DNA from: an uncultured Spirochaetaceae bacterium
GTDB taxonomy: Bacteria > Spirochaetota > Spirochaetia > Sphaerochaetales > Sphaerochaetaceae
NCBI GenBank assembly: GCA_944389015.1
Contig: CALXKS010000067.1
Span: forward strand, 18,102-82,101
Reading direction: 5' to 3'
DNA length: 64,000 bases
Part shown: piece by piece, positions 56,040 to 64,000 of the stretch
Numbering within the stretch: position 1 is the first letter of the stretch
How the letters are laid out: each line of letters starts with the position of its first letter
Notes under the pieces: model-generated
What the model was told of the DNA's origin: nothing
Databases searched by the model: none
The model's input: only the letters and a program-made list of their open reading frames with translations
Program-made: the position numbers and the translations under genes

Positions 56040-58001
56040 TCACATCAGAGAAACCGGATCGGTATCTATTTCCAGATACATCGATGAAGGTGCTTCGTAT
56101 TTGCCCAGAAGCCTTGAGGCAAAGACAAGAAGCTGCTGCATTGATTCAGATCTAAGAAGGACATGGTATCTGTAATAACCTGATCTCTTCTCCACAAGGC
56201 ATGGAGATGCGGAGAATATCTCGACATCCGGGAAGGATGATTCAAGCTCACAGGCAATGGCCTCGATTTTATCAGCTTCCTCCGCTGTACGGTCTTCATT
56301 CTTGCCCCGGATCGCTATGTTGATCAGACGGGAATATGGCGGGAAGCCTGTCTTCCGCCTCATATCCATCTCTGAACGAATGAATGATGCTATATCATTC
56401 TCCGCAGCATATCTTATTGCCGGGGCAAGTGGCTGATGGGTCTGTATCAGCACAATCCCATCATCGCTGTATCGCCCTGCCCGCCCTGCAACCTGATGCA
56501 GTAGATCAAATGTTCTCTCGGATGCTCTGAAATCAGGAACGGACAACGATGAATCAGCATTGAGGACCCCTACCAGTGATACTGTAGGGAAATTCAGCCC
56601 TTTCGCTATCATCTGCGTTCCTAGGAGGATATCTATCTTCCCATCCCTGAAATCATGAAGAATCCTCTGCATCTCCCCTCTTGTCTTTCCTTTCGTATCG
56701 GAGTCAAGACGGCTTATGACCGCAGACGGGAAGAGCGCTGCTGCTTCTTCCTCGATATTCTCCGTACCATATCCATGTGGAGAAAGATCCACTGACCCGC
56801 ATTCCGGACACTCTGTCACAAGCGGAGCGGAATATCCGCAAGTATGGCAGAACAATCTGTTCTCCTTCTTATGATAAGTCAGGGAGACAGAGCAGTTGGG
56901 GCATGTTACGGGAGTACCGCAGGTATTGCAGACATACCCATAGGTATATCCCCTGCGGTTCAGGAAGAGAATGATACCCCTTTTATCACGAAGTGCTTTC
57001 CTTATCTCTTCTTCCAGCTCTGCAGAGATATTCCGCTTCTCCCGTATGGTGTTGACGACCCGTATTCTCGGATAATGGCCGGCTCCGACTCTTTCAGGCA
57101 TATCGATACGCGTGATACGCTGCTCTTTCATAAGGCGCCAGGCCTCAAGTGAAGGAGTCGCAGACCCCATGATGAACTCAGCCCCGCATTCAGCTGCCCG
57201 GTATTGAGCTACCTGCCGAGCATGATAGCGAGGTGCATTCCCTGCCTTGTATGAGGTCTCATGCTCCTCATCGAGGATAATCAGCCCAAGGGATCTGAAA
57301 GGAGCGAATACGCTGCTTCGCGCACCGATCACAAGATCCACATCGCCCCTCATGATCTCATGCCATGACTTCAGACGCTGAGACGGGGTAAGTTCTGAGT
57401 GGAGAATGGCGACTCTGCCGGAGAATCTGGAATAAACCTCATCGGAAAGCTGTTCGGAAAGCGTAATCTCGGGCACCAGATAAAGCACCTGCTTCCCTTT
57501 CCTGATAATATCCTCTGCACGCCTCAGATAGACTTCGCTCTTACCTGATCCGGTTATTCCGAAGATATAGTACATACGGCTCTTCTCTTCCCTGAGGACA
57601 GAGAGCGCATGTTCCTGCCATTTTGAAAGAACCTCGACAGGGCTGAATGATGAGGGTTCATAGAATGGGCTCTGCTCGCTTTCCCTGCGCCCAGAAGGAA
57701 TCATCGCTGAAAGGCAGAGTCCTGATGAGGAGAAATACATAGCAGCCATCCATCGCGCAAGGCTGACAAGTTCATCATTGAATACAGGATCCTTGTCTAT
57801 GAGCCTCTCGATCTCCTTCAGCTCGAAATCCCCTTCTGGTCTGACATCCGACACAGATACAATGAAACCTGTCATCTTTCTGCGGCCGAACGGCACTATT
57901 GCCCTTTTGCCCGGGACAGCCTCTTCTGAAAGCTTATCCGGGATGGAATATGCATAGCTTGCCTCATACGGGAGGGCCAGGAGCACTGAAGCGTACTTCA
58001 A
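56040..58001 (-). CDS. priA: Primosomal protein N' (replication restart helicase PriA)
   Basis: 653 aa. Walker A GITGSGKSEVY, DEEH box ILDEEHETSYK, Cys-rich zinc region CNTCGTPVTCPNCSVSLTYHKKENRLFCHTCG. Confidence 0.9.
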   Translation of the reverse strand: MKYASVLLALPYEASYAYSIPDKLSEEAVPGKRAIVPFGRRKMTGFIVSVSDVRPEGDFELKEIERLIDKDPVFNDELVSLARWMAAMYFSSSGLCLSAMIPSGRRESEQSPFYEPSSFSPVEVLSKWQEHALSVLREEKSRMYYIFGITGSGKSEVYLRRAEDIIRKGKQVLYLVPEITLSEQLSDEVYSRFSGRVAILHSELTPSQRLKSWHEIMRGDVDLVIGARSSVFAPFRSLGLIILDEEHETSYKAGNAPRYHARQVAQYRAAECGAEFIMGSATPSLEAWRLMKEQRITRIDMPERVGAGHYPRIRVVNTIREKRNISAELEEEIRKALRDKRGIILFLNRRGYTYGYVCNTCGTPVTCPNCSVSLTYHKKENRLFCHTCGYSAPLVTECPECGSVDLSPHGYGTENIEEEAAALFPSAVISRLDSDTKGKTRGEMQRILHDFRDGKIDILLGTQMIAKGLNFPTVSLVGVLNADSSLSVPDFRASERTFDLLHQVAGRAGRYSDDGIVLIQTHQPLAPAIRYAAENDIASFIRSEMDMRRKTGFPPYSRLINIAIRGKNEDRTAEEADKIEAIACELESSFPDVEIFSASPCLVEKRSGYYRYHVLLRSESMQQLLVFASRLLGKYEAPSSMYLEIDTDPVSLM

Positions 58002-58678
58002 CTTCTCCGTCCTTCAAGCCCAAGAGAGCTGCGTATGAAAAGGAAGTTCTTCCATAGAGGAATCCGGAGGGATGGATCGGATCTGTACTCCGAAAGGGAA
58101 TATGACACGAATGTCCTTATTCCATTCACCTTGTATTCACGGCAGAGCATCGATTGGAAATCCATGGAAGAGCGGAGCATATACCTTGAAGCCTCTGAAG
58201 AAAGAATAATCATTGATGATGGCCTGAAAGTCATCATCTCTTCCCTGAGGTAACCCCTGCAGGCATCAGCAGCTGCTTTATCCCACTTCCCCGCAGGACA
58301 TTTGATAAGCGTTGTAAGCGACCACTCACCCTCTCTGAGGAGGATGGAATCCTTCCACCATGAACGGAACAGCTGGACATCATCATCTGAGAGAAGCACA
58401 TCCCCATCAGGATAAGGAAGAATGAAGAGCACCTTCCCCGGCGTTACCAGGGGACGTGCAAAGACAGAACGCTTTGCATACATCTGGCAGCTATGGCACG
58501 ATGAGCACGACGAATACAGATCAGAAGGCCTTTCTTCCGGCTTTTCTGCCTCCTCAAAAGCATATGCGCATGGCTCGATGACTTCTCCGAGAGAATCGCC
58601 GATTATATTGCGCTCTGCCTCATCAAGAAGCGACATAAGATACTCTCTGGTGCTTTTATCGCTCATATCCATCCTCAA
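57998..58678 (-). CDS. Uracil-DNA glycosylase-superfamily (family 4-like) protein with divergent active-site motifs
   Basis: 226 aa. CSSCHSC...VFARPLVTPGKVLFILPYPDGD...LIKCPAG...ADAC follows the family-4 UDG layout (CxxC...GEAPGxxED...KCrPP). The GEAPG and HPS motifs are not conserved. Confidence 0.45.
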   Translation of the reverse strand: MRMDMSDKSTREYLMSLLDEAERNIIGDSLGEVIEPCAYAFEEAEKPEERPSDLYSSCSSCHSCQMYAKRSVFARPLVTPGKVLFILPYPDGDVLLSDDDVQLFRSWWKDSILLREGEWSLTTLIKCPAGKWDKAAADACRGYLREEMMTFRPSSMIILSSEASRYMLRSSMDFQSMLCREYKVNGIRTFVSYSLSEYRSDPSLRIPLWKNFLFIRSSLGLEGRRS

Positions 58679-59498
58679 ACCACTGATACTTCATGCTATC
58701 ATAGCTGACATCCGCAAGATAGAGGCCATCAGAAGGAGCAGTCTTAAGTGCTCTTTTCCTGTCTTTTGCCTCCAGCCTTTCATTGAATAGCATCGAATCC
58801 TCGCCTGCAGCAGAAGCCTCGAGCATCGTTCCCACCATGCTCCTGACCTGATGATACAGGAAAGCATTCCCCGCGACCCTGTATCTGAGGACAGAATAGC
58901 CATAAATATCCACAATCTCATCCCACTGGGATATGTAGATATCACGGACACGGGAGGGAGATGGATCCCTTGCTGAGGCGAAGGTTGTGTAATCATGGGT
59001 TCCCTGCAGCAATGAAGCATATCCATTCAGCACAGAGATATCCGGAAGACGCTTTACTGCTGTAATGCGCTTATCATCGAACGGGAGCATGTCAGAGGCA
59101 GATTTCACGAGATACCAGTACTCCCGTGACATTGTCGAGAATCTTGCATGAAAACCTTCCGGAGCCTCGCATGAAGAAAGGACTCTGATTGATTTCGGAA
59201 GCTTTGTATTGAGTATCAAAGCAAACCTGCAGGGATCTATCGATGATGATGTATCGAAATGGCAGCCCTGCCTGAGGGCATGAACTCCCTGATCTGTACG
59301 GCCAGAGGCAAATACCGTGGTCTCCTTACCAAGAACCGAAGAAAGGACGCCGGAGATGACAGACTGTACGGAAACCGCATTTCCCTGAGCCTGCCAGCCA
59401 TGATAAGGAGAGCCGTCATATGATATGAACATCATGATGCGCCTCTCCCCTTCCTCTGGAAGATCATAGTTCTCCGGTCTTTTCCAGTCGCTTCTCAT
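58656..59498 (-). CDS. truA: tRNA pseudouridine(38-40) synthase TruA
   Basis: 280 aa. ISYDGSPYHGWQAQ and catalytic Asp motif SGRTDQGVHA. Confidence 0.9.
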   Translation of the reverse strand: MRSDWKRPENYDLPEEGERRIMMFISYDGSPYHGWQAQGNAVSVQSVISGVLSSVLGKETTVFASGRTDQGVHALRQGCHFDTSSSIDPCRFALILNTKLPKSIRVLSSCEAPEGFHARFSTMSREYWYLVKSASDMLPFDDKRITAVKRLPDISVLNGYASLLQGTHDYTTFASARDPSPSRVRDIYISQWDEIVDIYGYSVLRYRVAGNAFLYHQVRSMVGTMLEASAAGEDSMLFNERLEAKDRKRALKTAPSDGLYLADVSYDSMKYQWFEDGYER

Positions 59499-59538
59499 GC
59501 CTTGATTCTAGCATGAGAGCGGCTGGGATTAACAGCTA

Positions 59539-60279
59539 TCAGAAGAAACCGTCACGCTCTCTGTCGCGGTCCCATTCGATTATGCGTCCGGAAGCTGCAT
59601 CGATCTCGAATTCATATTCGGTCCTGTCATACCAGATCGAGCCTTCGTAGATTCTTCTGCCGTCGTCGCGCTCTGCACGGATCCTGATATCCCTCTCTGT
59701 TGCCCCCGGGACACGCTCAAGCGCAATCCTTGTTGCCTCTTCGATTGAGATGATATCCCCGCTATTGCCTCTCCGCTGTCTGACAACCTCTTCAGAGTAT
59801 TCAAGAATCCTACCGCCATCAGCAGCAATGCTGTATTCATACTTATGATGCCCATCAGAGAACTCAATCTCATAGACTATTCGGCCATGGTCACGGTCCA
59901 TCTTCGTGCGGAAATACTCTGTATCATCCCATGATACTCCTGCATCTGAGAGAGCTATATCCTCAGCCTCAACCTCATCAATCATCGTACCTGAGCTATT
60001 ATTCCCATAGCGCTCTGCATCGAAGTCCTTAGAGATTATCTCACCAGTCTCCGCATCTATCTCATAGTCATACTCTACACCATCAGCATAGAACTCAACA
60101 TCGTATATCTGCCGGCCATGCTCCCAGTCTCTTTCAGTGTGGATGAACTCTGTTCTTCCGATACCTGCATCCGACAGCGCGATATTCTCAGCATCTATGC
60201 GGGATACAGCAGCAAACAGCATGCCAGGAATCATCATAATAGCCAAAGCCACCAGAACTCTTCTTGTGATTTTCTTCAT
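59539..60279 (-). CDS. Secreted protein with three PepSY domains
   Basis: Signal peptide, then three repeats of the form A..IALSDAG........+.DRDHGR.VYE+EF..G...YEY.IDA.+G.I+. Confidence 0.8.
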   Translation of the reverse strand: MKKITRRVLVALAIMMIPGMLFAAVSRIDAENIALSDAGIGRTEFIHTERDWEHGRQIYDVEFYADGVEYDYEIDAETGEIISKDFDAERYGNNSSGTMIDEVEAEDIALSDAGVSWDDTEYFRTKMDRDHGRIVYEIEFSDGHHKYEYSIAADGGRILEYSEEVVRQRRGNSGDIISIEEATRIALERVPGATERDIRIRAERDDGRRIYEGSIWYDRTEYEFEIDAASGRIIEWDRDRERDGFF

Positions 60280-60354
60280 ATGTAAATCTCCTTTATTCCT
60301 TTTGATACCTAAACAATAACAAAGAAAAATTAAAGGAAAATGAAAAAAGAAAAA

Positions 60355-60404
60355 TCTTTAAAATGATAGAAGGCCTGCATCAGTCTTCCTTTGCTAGGCC
60401 TTCT
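60355..60404 (-). terminator. Possible terminator hairpin downstream of the 60431 ORF
   Basis: AGAAGGCCT / AGGCCTTCT 9-bp stem with a 19-nt loop, followed on the minus strand by ATCATTTTAAAGATTTTTC. Confidence 0.35.
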
Positions 60405-60430
60405 TGCATGCTGTACTGATCTTTGCTGGA

Positions 60431-61063
60431 TTATGAAAGATCGGGCTTATGAGAATGAGAGTATTTGAACACCTCCATCTTCGGGAACGGAATATTCTCT
60501 GTCTCAGTCTGGATCGGCTGGAATCCCATGCATATCATTTCTGCATTGGCCGGAAGCTCGCTGTTGAGAGTTATGCTATTGTTTTCATCATTGAAATCCG
60601 AAATAGTAACCGTGAGGGTTCCTTTTGTGGAAGCTGCCACATCAATTACGAACGCAGCCTCGCCAGTCTCATCATAATCAAGGGTTAACATATCATCAGC
60701 AGCAGAAGATGATGCTGTGCTCTTTATGACAGCATCCTGCTCCATAGCACTGATTATGAATGAATCCACAGGAATGAACACATCTGCATCATCAGCATAC
60801 ATCACAAGCCATGCCCCAGTGGATTCTGCAGGTCTGATAAGATGGATCGTTACCTTATCTTCTGTAAGCACATCCATCTCCCCGGTCTTAGGTTCAATAC
60901 TGAAAGAGTGGAAGACCTTACCCGGCTGGATCTGATCAGGATTCACAGGCACTGTGCCAGAAGGACCATCATCAGGAAGAGTCTACTCTGGGGTGGCATT
61001 GCACGCTGCAATCATCAGCAGAACCAGCAATATTGCAGGTATAGTGAATAGTTTTCTCCTATT
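60431..61063 (-). pseudogene. Lipoprotein gene apparently disrupted: lipoprotein signal peptide lacks a canonical start and is separated from the 173-aa body by an in-frame TAG (60983-60985)
   Basis: One minus-strand frame reads (TGA)NRRKLFTIPAILLVLLMIAACNATPE(TAG)TLPDDGPSGTVPVNPDQ..., with AGGAG at 61056-61060. The ORF-track start is the GTG at 60952. Confidence 0.4.
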
Positions 61064-61170
61064 TCAGATTCTTAATAATACCATATATCCTGAAAATCCT
61101 CAGTTTATAATATCAACCCATTTCAGCTATACAAATCAAAGAAACAGCATTATCTATGGAACCTTCAGGA

Positions 61171-61197
61171 CAAAGAAAGCTCCCGTGATCCGGGAGC
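61171..61197 (-). terminator. Rho-independent terminator after the TIM-barrel gene
   Basis: Minus strand: GCTCCCG-GATCA-CGGGAGC followed by TTTCTTTG. Confidence 0.5.
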
Positions 61198-61225
61198 AGC
61201 ATGGAGGTCTACCACTGAAAATAAA

Positions 61226-62035
61226 TCAGATATATCTATGTCTGAGGAAAGCAACAGCTCTCTTTGCTGCTGTCTCCGGATCAGGGAATGGCAGGCACTC
61301 GACCGTGCACCATCCATCATATCCGATCTTCCCAAGGGCACTGAAGATATCATCGAAATCAAGGTGTCCATCGCCAGGGGCATGTCTGTTGGAATCCGCA
61401 AGATGGACATATCTTACATACTCGCGATTCCTGATAAGCGCCTCTCCGATATGATCGTCCTCGATATTCATATGGAATACATCCGGCATCATGGTGAAGT
61501 TAGGTCTGTTGACCTTGTGGATAAGCTCCACGCCTTCATCTGTGCTGTTGATATAGTCGATCTCATAGCGGTTGACTGGCTCAAGTATCATTGTGACACC
61601 CTTCTTCTCAGCATAGTCACAAAGCGTATTGGCCATATCTATGAAAAGTTTCTCAGCTTCATTCTTGTCTCTTGTACCGATGGATCCGCGCACTCTTCCG
61701 ATATTGACAAGTCCGCAACCTGTTTCAGCAGCAAGATCGATGAAACCACAGAAGCTCTTCACAAGCTCTGCCCTCTTTTCCTTATCAGGATCGGTGAACA
61801 TCAGCTTTCTTGCTGCGAATACCTGACCAGATGAGATTGCAGAGACCTCGATTGAATTCTTCTTAAGGAGATCAAGAAGCTCCTTAGCCGGCATTTCATC
61901 CGGTTCCTTAAGCGCAAGCTCAACTCCATCATAGCCGAACTCATGCGCAAGCTTTATTGATTTCTCAAGCCCTCTCATCACAACAAATGCCGATGGAAGA
62001 GCATTGTCACTTGCAATAGCAACTCCGAGCTTCAT
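61226..62035 (-). CDS. Sugar phosphate isomerase/epimerase (xylose-isomerase-like TIM barrel), paralog of 23236-24042
   Basis: 269 aa. GYDGVELA, ILEPVNRYE, DVFHMNIED, HLADSNRHAPGDGHLDF, GYDGWCTVECLPFPD. Confidence 0.75.
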   Translation of the reverse strand: MKLGVAIASDNALPSAFVVMRGLEKSIKLAHEFGYDGVELALKEPDEMPAKELLDLLKKNSIEVSAISSGQVFAARKLMFTDPDKEKRAELVKSFCGFIDLAAETGCGLVNIGRVRGSIGTRDKNEAEKLFIDMANTLCDYAEKKGVTMILEPVNRYEIDYINSTDEGVELIHKVNRPNFTMMPDVFHMNIEDDHIGEALIRNREYVRYVHLADSNRHAPGDGHLDFDDIFSALGKIGYDGWCTVECLPFPDPETAAKRAVAFLRHRYI

Positions 62036-62037
62036 AC

Positions 62038-63414
62038 TTAACCCTCCTTGACAACAGGAATCTCATATGGACCATCTGCAATATAGATGATCTTCATATC
62101 CTCCCTCTTCTTTCCTGTTCTCTTCTCTATATCCGAGATAGCGAGCTCTACCATTCTCGAATATACGTTCTTATCGCTCTCATCCTCATTTCCGAGTGTC
62201 CTGATATCAATACCAGGAAGAAGATCGAATTCACGATGAGGAATCTGCGGAGCAAAGAAATAGTAGTGGTTCTCCGGGATTCTCCTGAAGACCTTTGCCC
62301 ACTCCTGTACCTGCCACTGCTCGGGGAGGAATACCCAGTCAGGGCTGCGGAGGAGCTTATTGAATTTCTCAGGACCATCAAGATGGAGAAGCGCAAGAGC
62401 CGTGCGGTAATTGGCGCTTCCTATCACATTGCCCTGATCTGTGCAGTTCGCGATTGTAACGAGGTATCCATCCTTCTTGAGTGCTCCAAGCGATGCGACA
62501 CCGCACTTCGCGGCCTGATAGTGGTTGATGCCGACGAACCCTGCATGTGTTATGACTACATCAGCCTGATACGGGATTGCTACCTCTACATCCTTTCTTA
62601 TATGCTCAACCGCCGCAAGATGCGCCTTCTCAAGATCGCCTGAGAATACTCCTGTCACATGGAAGCTGTGGTCAAGCGTTACATTGACGATGAAATCAAC
62701 ACCAGCCATCTTTGCAACCTCGAGGCTCTCCTCATGAACAGGATTGCCCTCAATCACAAGATCCCTGGAGTTCTCATCATCCATCAGAGCAGGACCATGG
62801 AATATGAATGTCGAATCCTCCCCGATGATTCCGGGGCAGATGGCCTTTCTGCCACCTGATGCCCCTGCCATGAAATGGCTCTCAACCAAACCTGTAGCTA
62901 TCTTCAGATCGGCTCCGGTATAGACCGAATCGATCATGACCTTCGTTCCACGCTTGGTTGTTCCGATGAAGGACAGCCTCTCCTCGTTCCTCGGCTCATG
63001 GTTCACGACCTTGATTCCAAGATCGAAGACACGGCTATCCAGCATCGAACGTATCTCGCCCTCAGCCATCGGGCGATGCATGCCAGTTGCGATAAGCACC
63101 GTGATCTCATCTGCTTTGAACCCTGTATCCATCAGGGTATCGATCACAGGCATCAGGATACCTTCTTCCCCTTTATACGGCACAGGACGTGTATTGTCAG
63201 ACACGACAATCACAGCCTTTGCCGATGCATTCGCAGCCTTCTTAGCCTTTGCGATGTTCTTGAGGCTATCAGACGCGATCGGATCAGTAAGGGATTCAAG
63301 AATCGCCTTACCGGGATTGGCCATTGGGGAAGCCCCCTCCATATGCGCTATGTGTGTATGATCAGGAATCTGAAGATCCCCGAACGATGGACCAAATGGA
63401 TTCGCAGCCAGCAT
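62038..63414 (-). CDS. LarA-family (nickel-pincer dependent lactate racemase-like, DUF2088) protein
   Basis: 458 aa. VVSDNTRPVP, IATGMHRPM, ESHFMAGASGGRKAICPG and GPALMDD-type segments match the conserved LarA N-terminal domain motifs as I recall them. Confidence 0.7.
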   Translation of the reverse strand: MLAANPFGPSFGDLQIPDHTHIAHMEGASPMANPGKAILESLTDPIASDSLKNIAKAKKAANASAKAVIVVSDNTRPVPYKGEEGILMPVIDTLMDTGFKADEITVLIATGMHRPMAEGEIRSMLDSRVFDLGIKVVNHEPRNEERLSFIGTTKRGTKVMIDSVYTGADLKIATGLVESHFMAGASGGRKAICPGIIGEDSTFIFHGPALMDDENSRDLVIEGNPVHEESLEVAKMAGVDFIVNVTLDHSFHVTGVFSGDLEKAHLAAVEHIRKDVEVAIPYQADVVITHAGFVGINHYQAAKCGVASLGALKKDGYLVTIANCTDQGNVIGSANYRTALALLHLDGPEKFNKLLRSPDWVFLPEQWQVQEWAKVFRRIPENHYYFFAPQIPHREFDLLPGIDIRTLGNEDESDKNVYSRMVELAISDIEKRTGKKREDMKIIYIADGPYEIPVVKEG

Positions 63415-63426
63415 GCTTTTCCTCCG

Positions 63427-64000
63427 TTACATTTCCTTGATCAGTGAGAGATCACCTGTTGCAGCAGCTTCGAGGATCGGAGCCATGAACTCATCAACAT
63501 CATCAGCTGTCATTGAAACAGGCATATTCTGCAGCTTCATCTTGAGATCCGGATCCTTAGCAGCCTTGAGAGCTCTTGGGATATGGACATCCTTCTTGAA
63601 GCCCGGGATATCAGCAAGAGTTGTAGGAGCACCGATTGACTTCCAGAATGCGATCATTGCATTTGCAACTGCCTCTGCAAGTGCTCTGCCCTCGAGCTTG
63701 TCGATGTCAGCATCGGTATAGCCATGCTTCTTGAAGATATTTCCTACTACCTTGAGCTGTGGCTGGATAGCCTTGCTGTAGAATACAATGTAGTACGGGT
63801 TCATGAGTCCGCAAGCTGTTCCATGGCCTACGATATCAACGAGGCTGAAGGATGTGAGGTGCGGGCCAGATGTTCCACCGACCATGATTGCATAACCACC
63901 AAGATCAGTTGCAAGACCGATAGCCTCTCTTGCCTTGATGTCGCTAGGATTCTTGATGATCTCGCCAGCGTTGTCGACAACAAGACCGATAGCTGCCTCA
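63427..64000 (-). CDS. Iron-containing alcohol dehydrogenase family protein, C-terminal part; gene runs off the window end
   Basis: The frame is open to the window edge. GGTSGPHLTSFSLVDIVGHGTACGLMNPY is the Fe-ADH metal-binding His region, followed by the helical C-domain. Confidence 0.75.
   Translation of the reverse strand, partial: EAAIGLVVDNAGEIIKNPSDIKAREAIGLATDLGGYAIMVGGTSGPHLTSFSLVDIVGHGTACGLMNPYYIVFYSKAIQPQLKVVGNIFKKHGYTDADIDKLEGRALAEAVANAMIAFWKSIGAPTTLADIPGFKKDVHIPRALKAAKDPDLKMKLQNMPVSMTADDVDEFMAPILEAAATGDLSLIKEM

Noticed and set aside
1-64000. Scan for CRISPR arrays, IS/transposase genes, integrases, phage genes, toxin-antitoxin pairs or known defence-system components.
   Set aside because: No regularly spaced repeats. 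No transposase, integrase or phage-like translations in any ORF. No obvious compositional island. The tRNA-Leu is followed by core genes, not an integrated element.

Overview
Densely coding 64-kb chromosomal window with about 65 protein genes and 1 tRNA, roughly 47-48% GC by eye. I saw no rRNA, CRISPR array, IS element or prophage. The content is mostly housekeeping and carbohydrate metabolism from a diderm bacterium. Three things suggest a Spirochaetota (Treponema/Sphaerochaeta-like) genome: the lptC/A/B-rpoN-hpf-hprK-ptsH array with no PTS permease, the many lipobox lipoproteins, and the OMP-MFP-RND gene order. That assignment is inference only.

Main blocks:
- 1-9.3 kb: uxuA fragment, mscL, a GLIC-like ligand-gated channel homolog preceded by a decayed HTH gene, a NagB-like deaminase and a TolC-MFP-RND efflux triad.
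- 9.3-10.5 kb: pentapeptide-repeat protein and hisIE.
- 10.75-18.8 kb: one co-directional array, tRNA-Leu, ymdB, rseC, lptCAB, rpoN, hpf, hprK, ptsH, lexA-like, holA.
- 18.9-21.9 kb: uvrC divergent from an SPL-family radical SAM gene.
- 22-28 kb: minus-strand TRAP / oligogalacturonate-lyase-like / GntR locus.
- 28-40 kb: thyX, rsmE, malQ, aminotransferase, Ntn hydrolase, MATE, AEC, glgP.
- 40-64 kb: topA, rpsD, a tightly overlapping def-fmt-patatin-radical SAM-fumarase operon, a large beta-helix repeat protein, priA, truA, a PepSY protein, and a LarA-homolog / TIM-barrel / Fe-ADH cluster.

I do not see a defence, toxin or mobile system, and I cannot support a claim of a novel system. The items most worth a second look are the pLGIC homolog, the PlpD-like patatin inside the def-fmt operon, the LarA-homolog cluster, the LexA-like protein without an Ala-Gly site, the GGxF beta-helix protein, and two genes interrupted by in-frame stops.

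All calls come from reading the supplied translations and the DNA. No database search was run.
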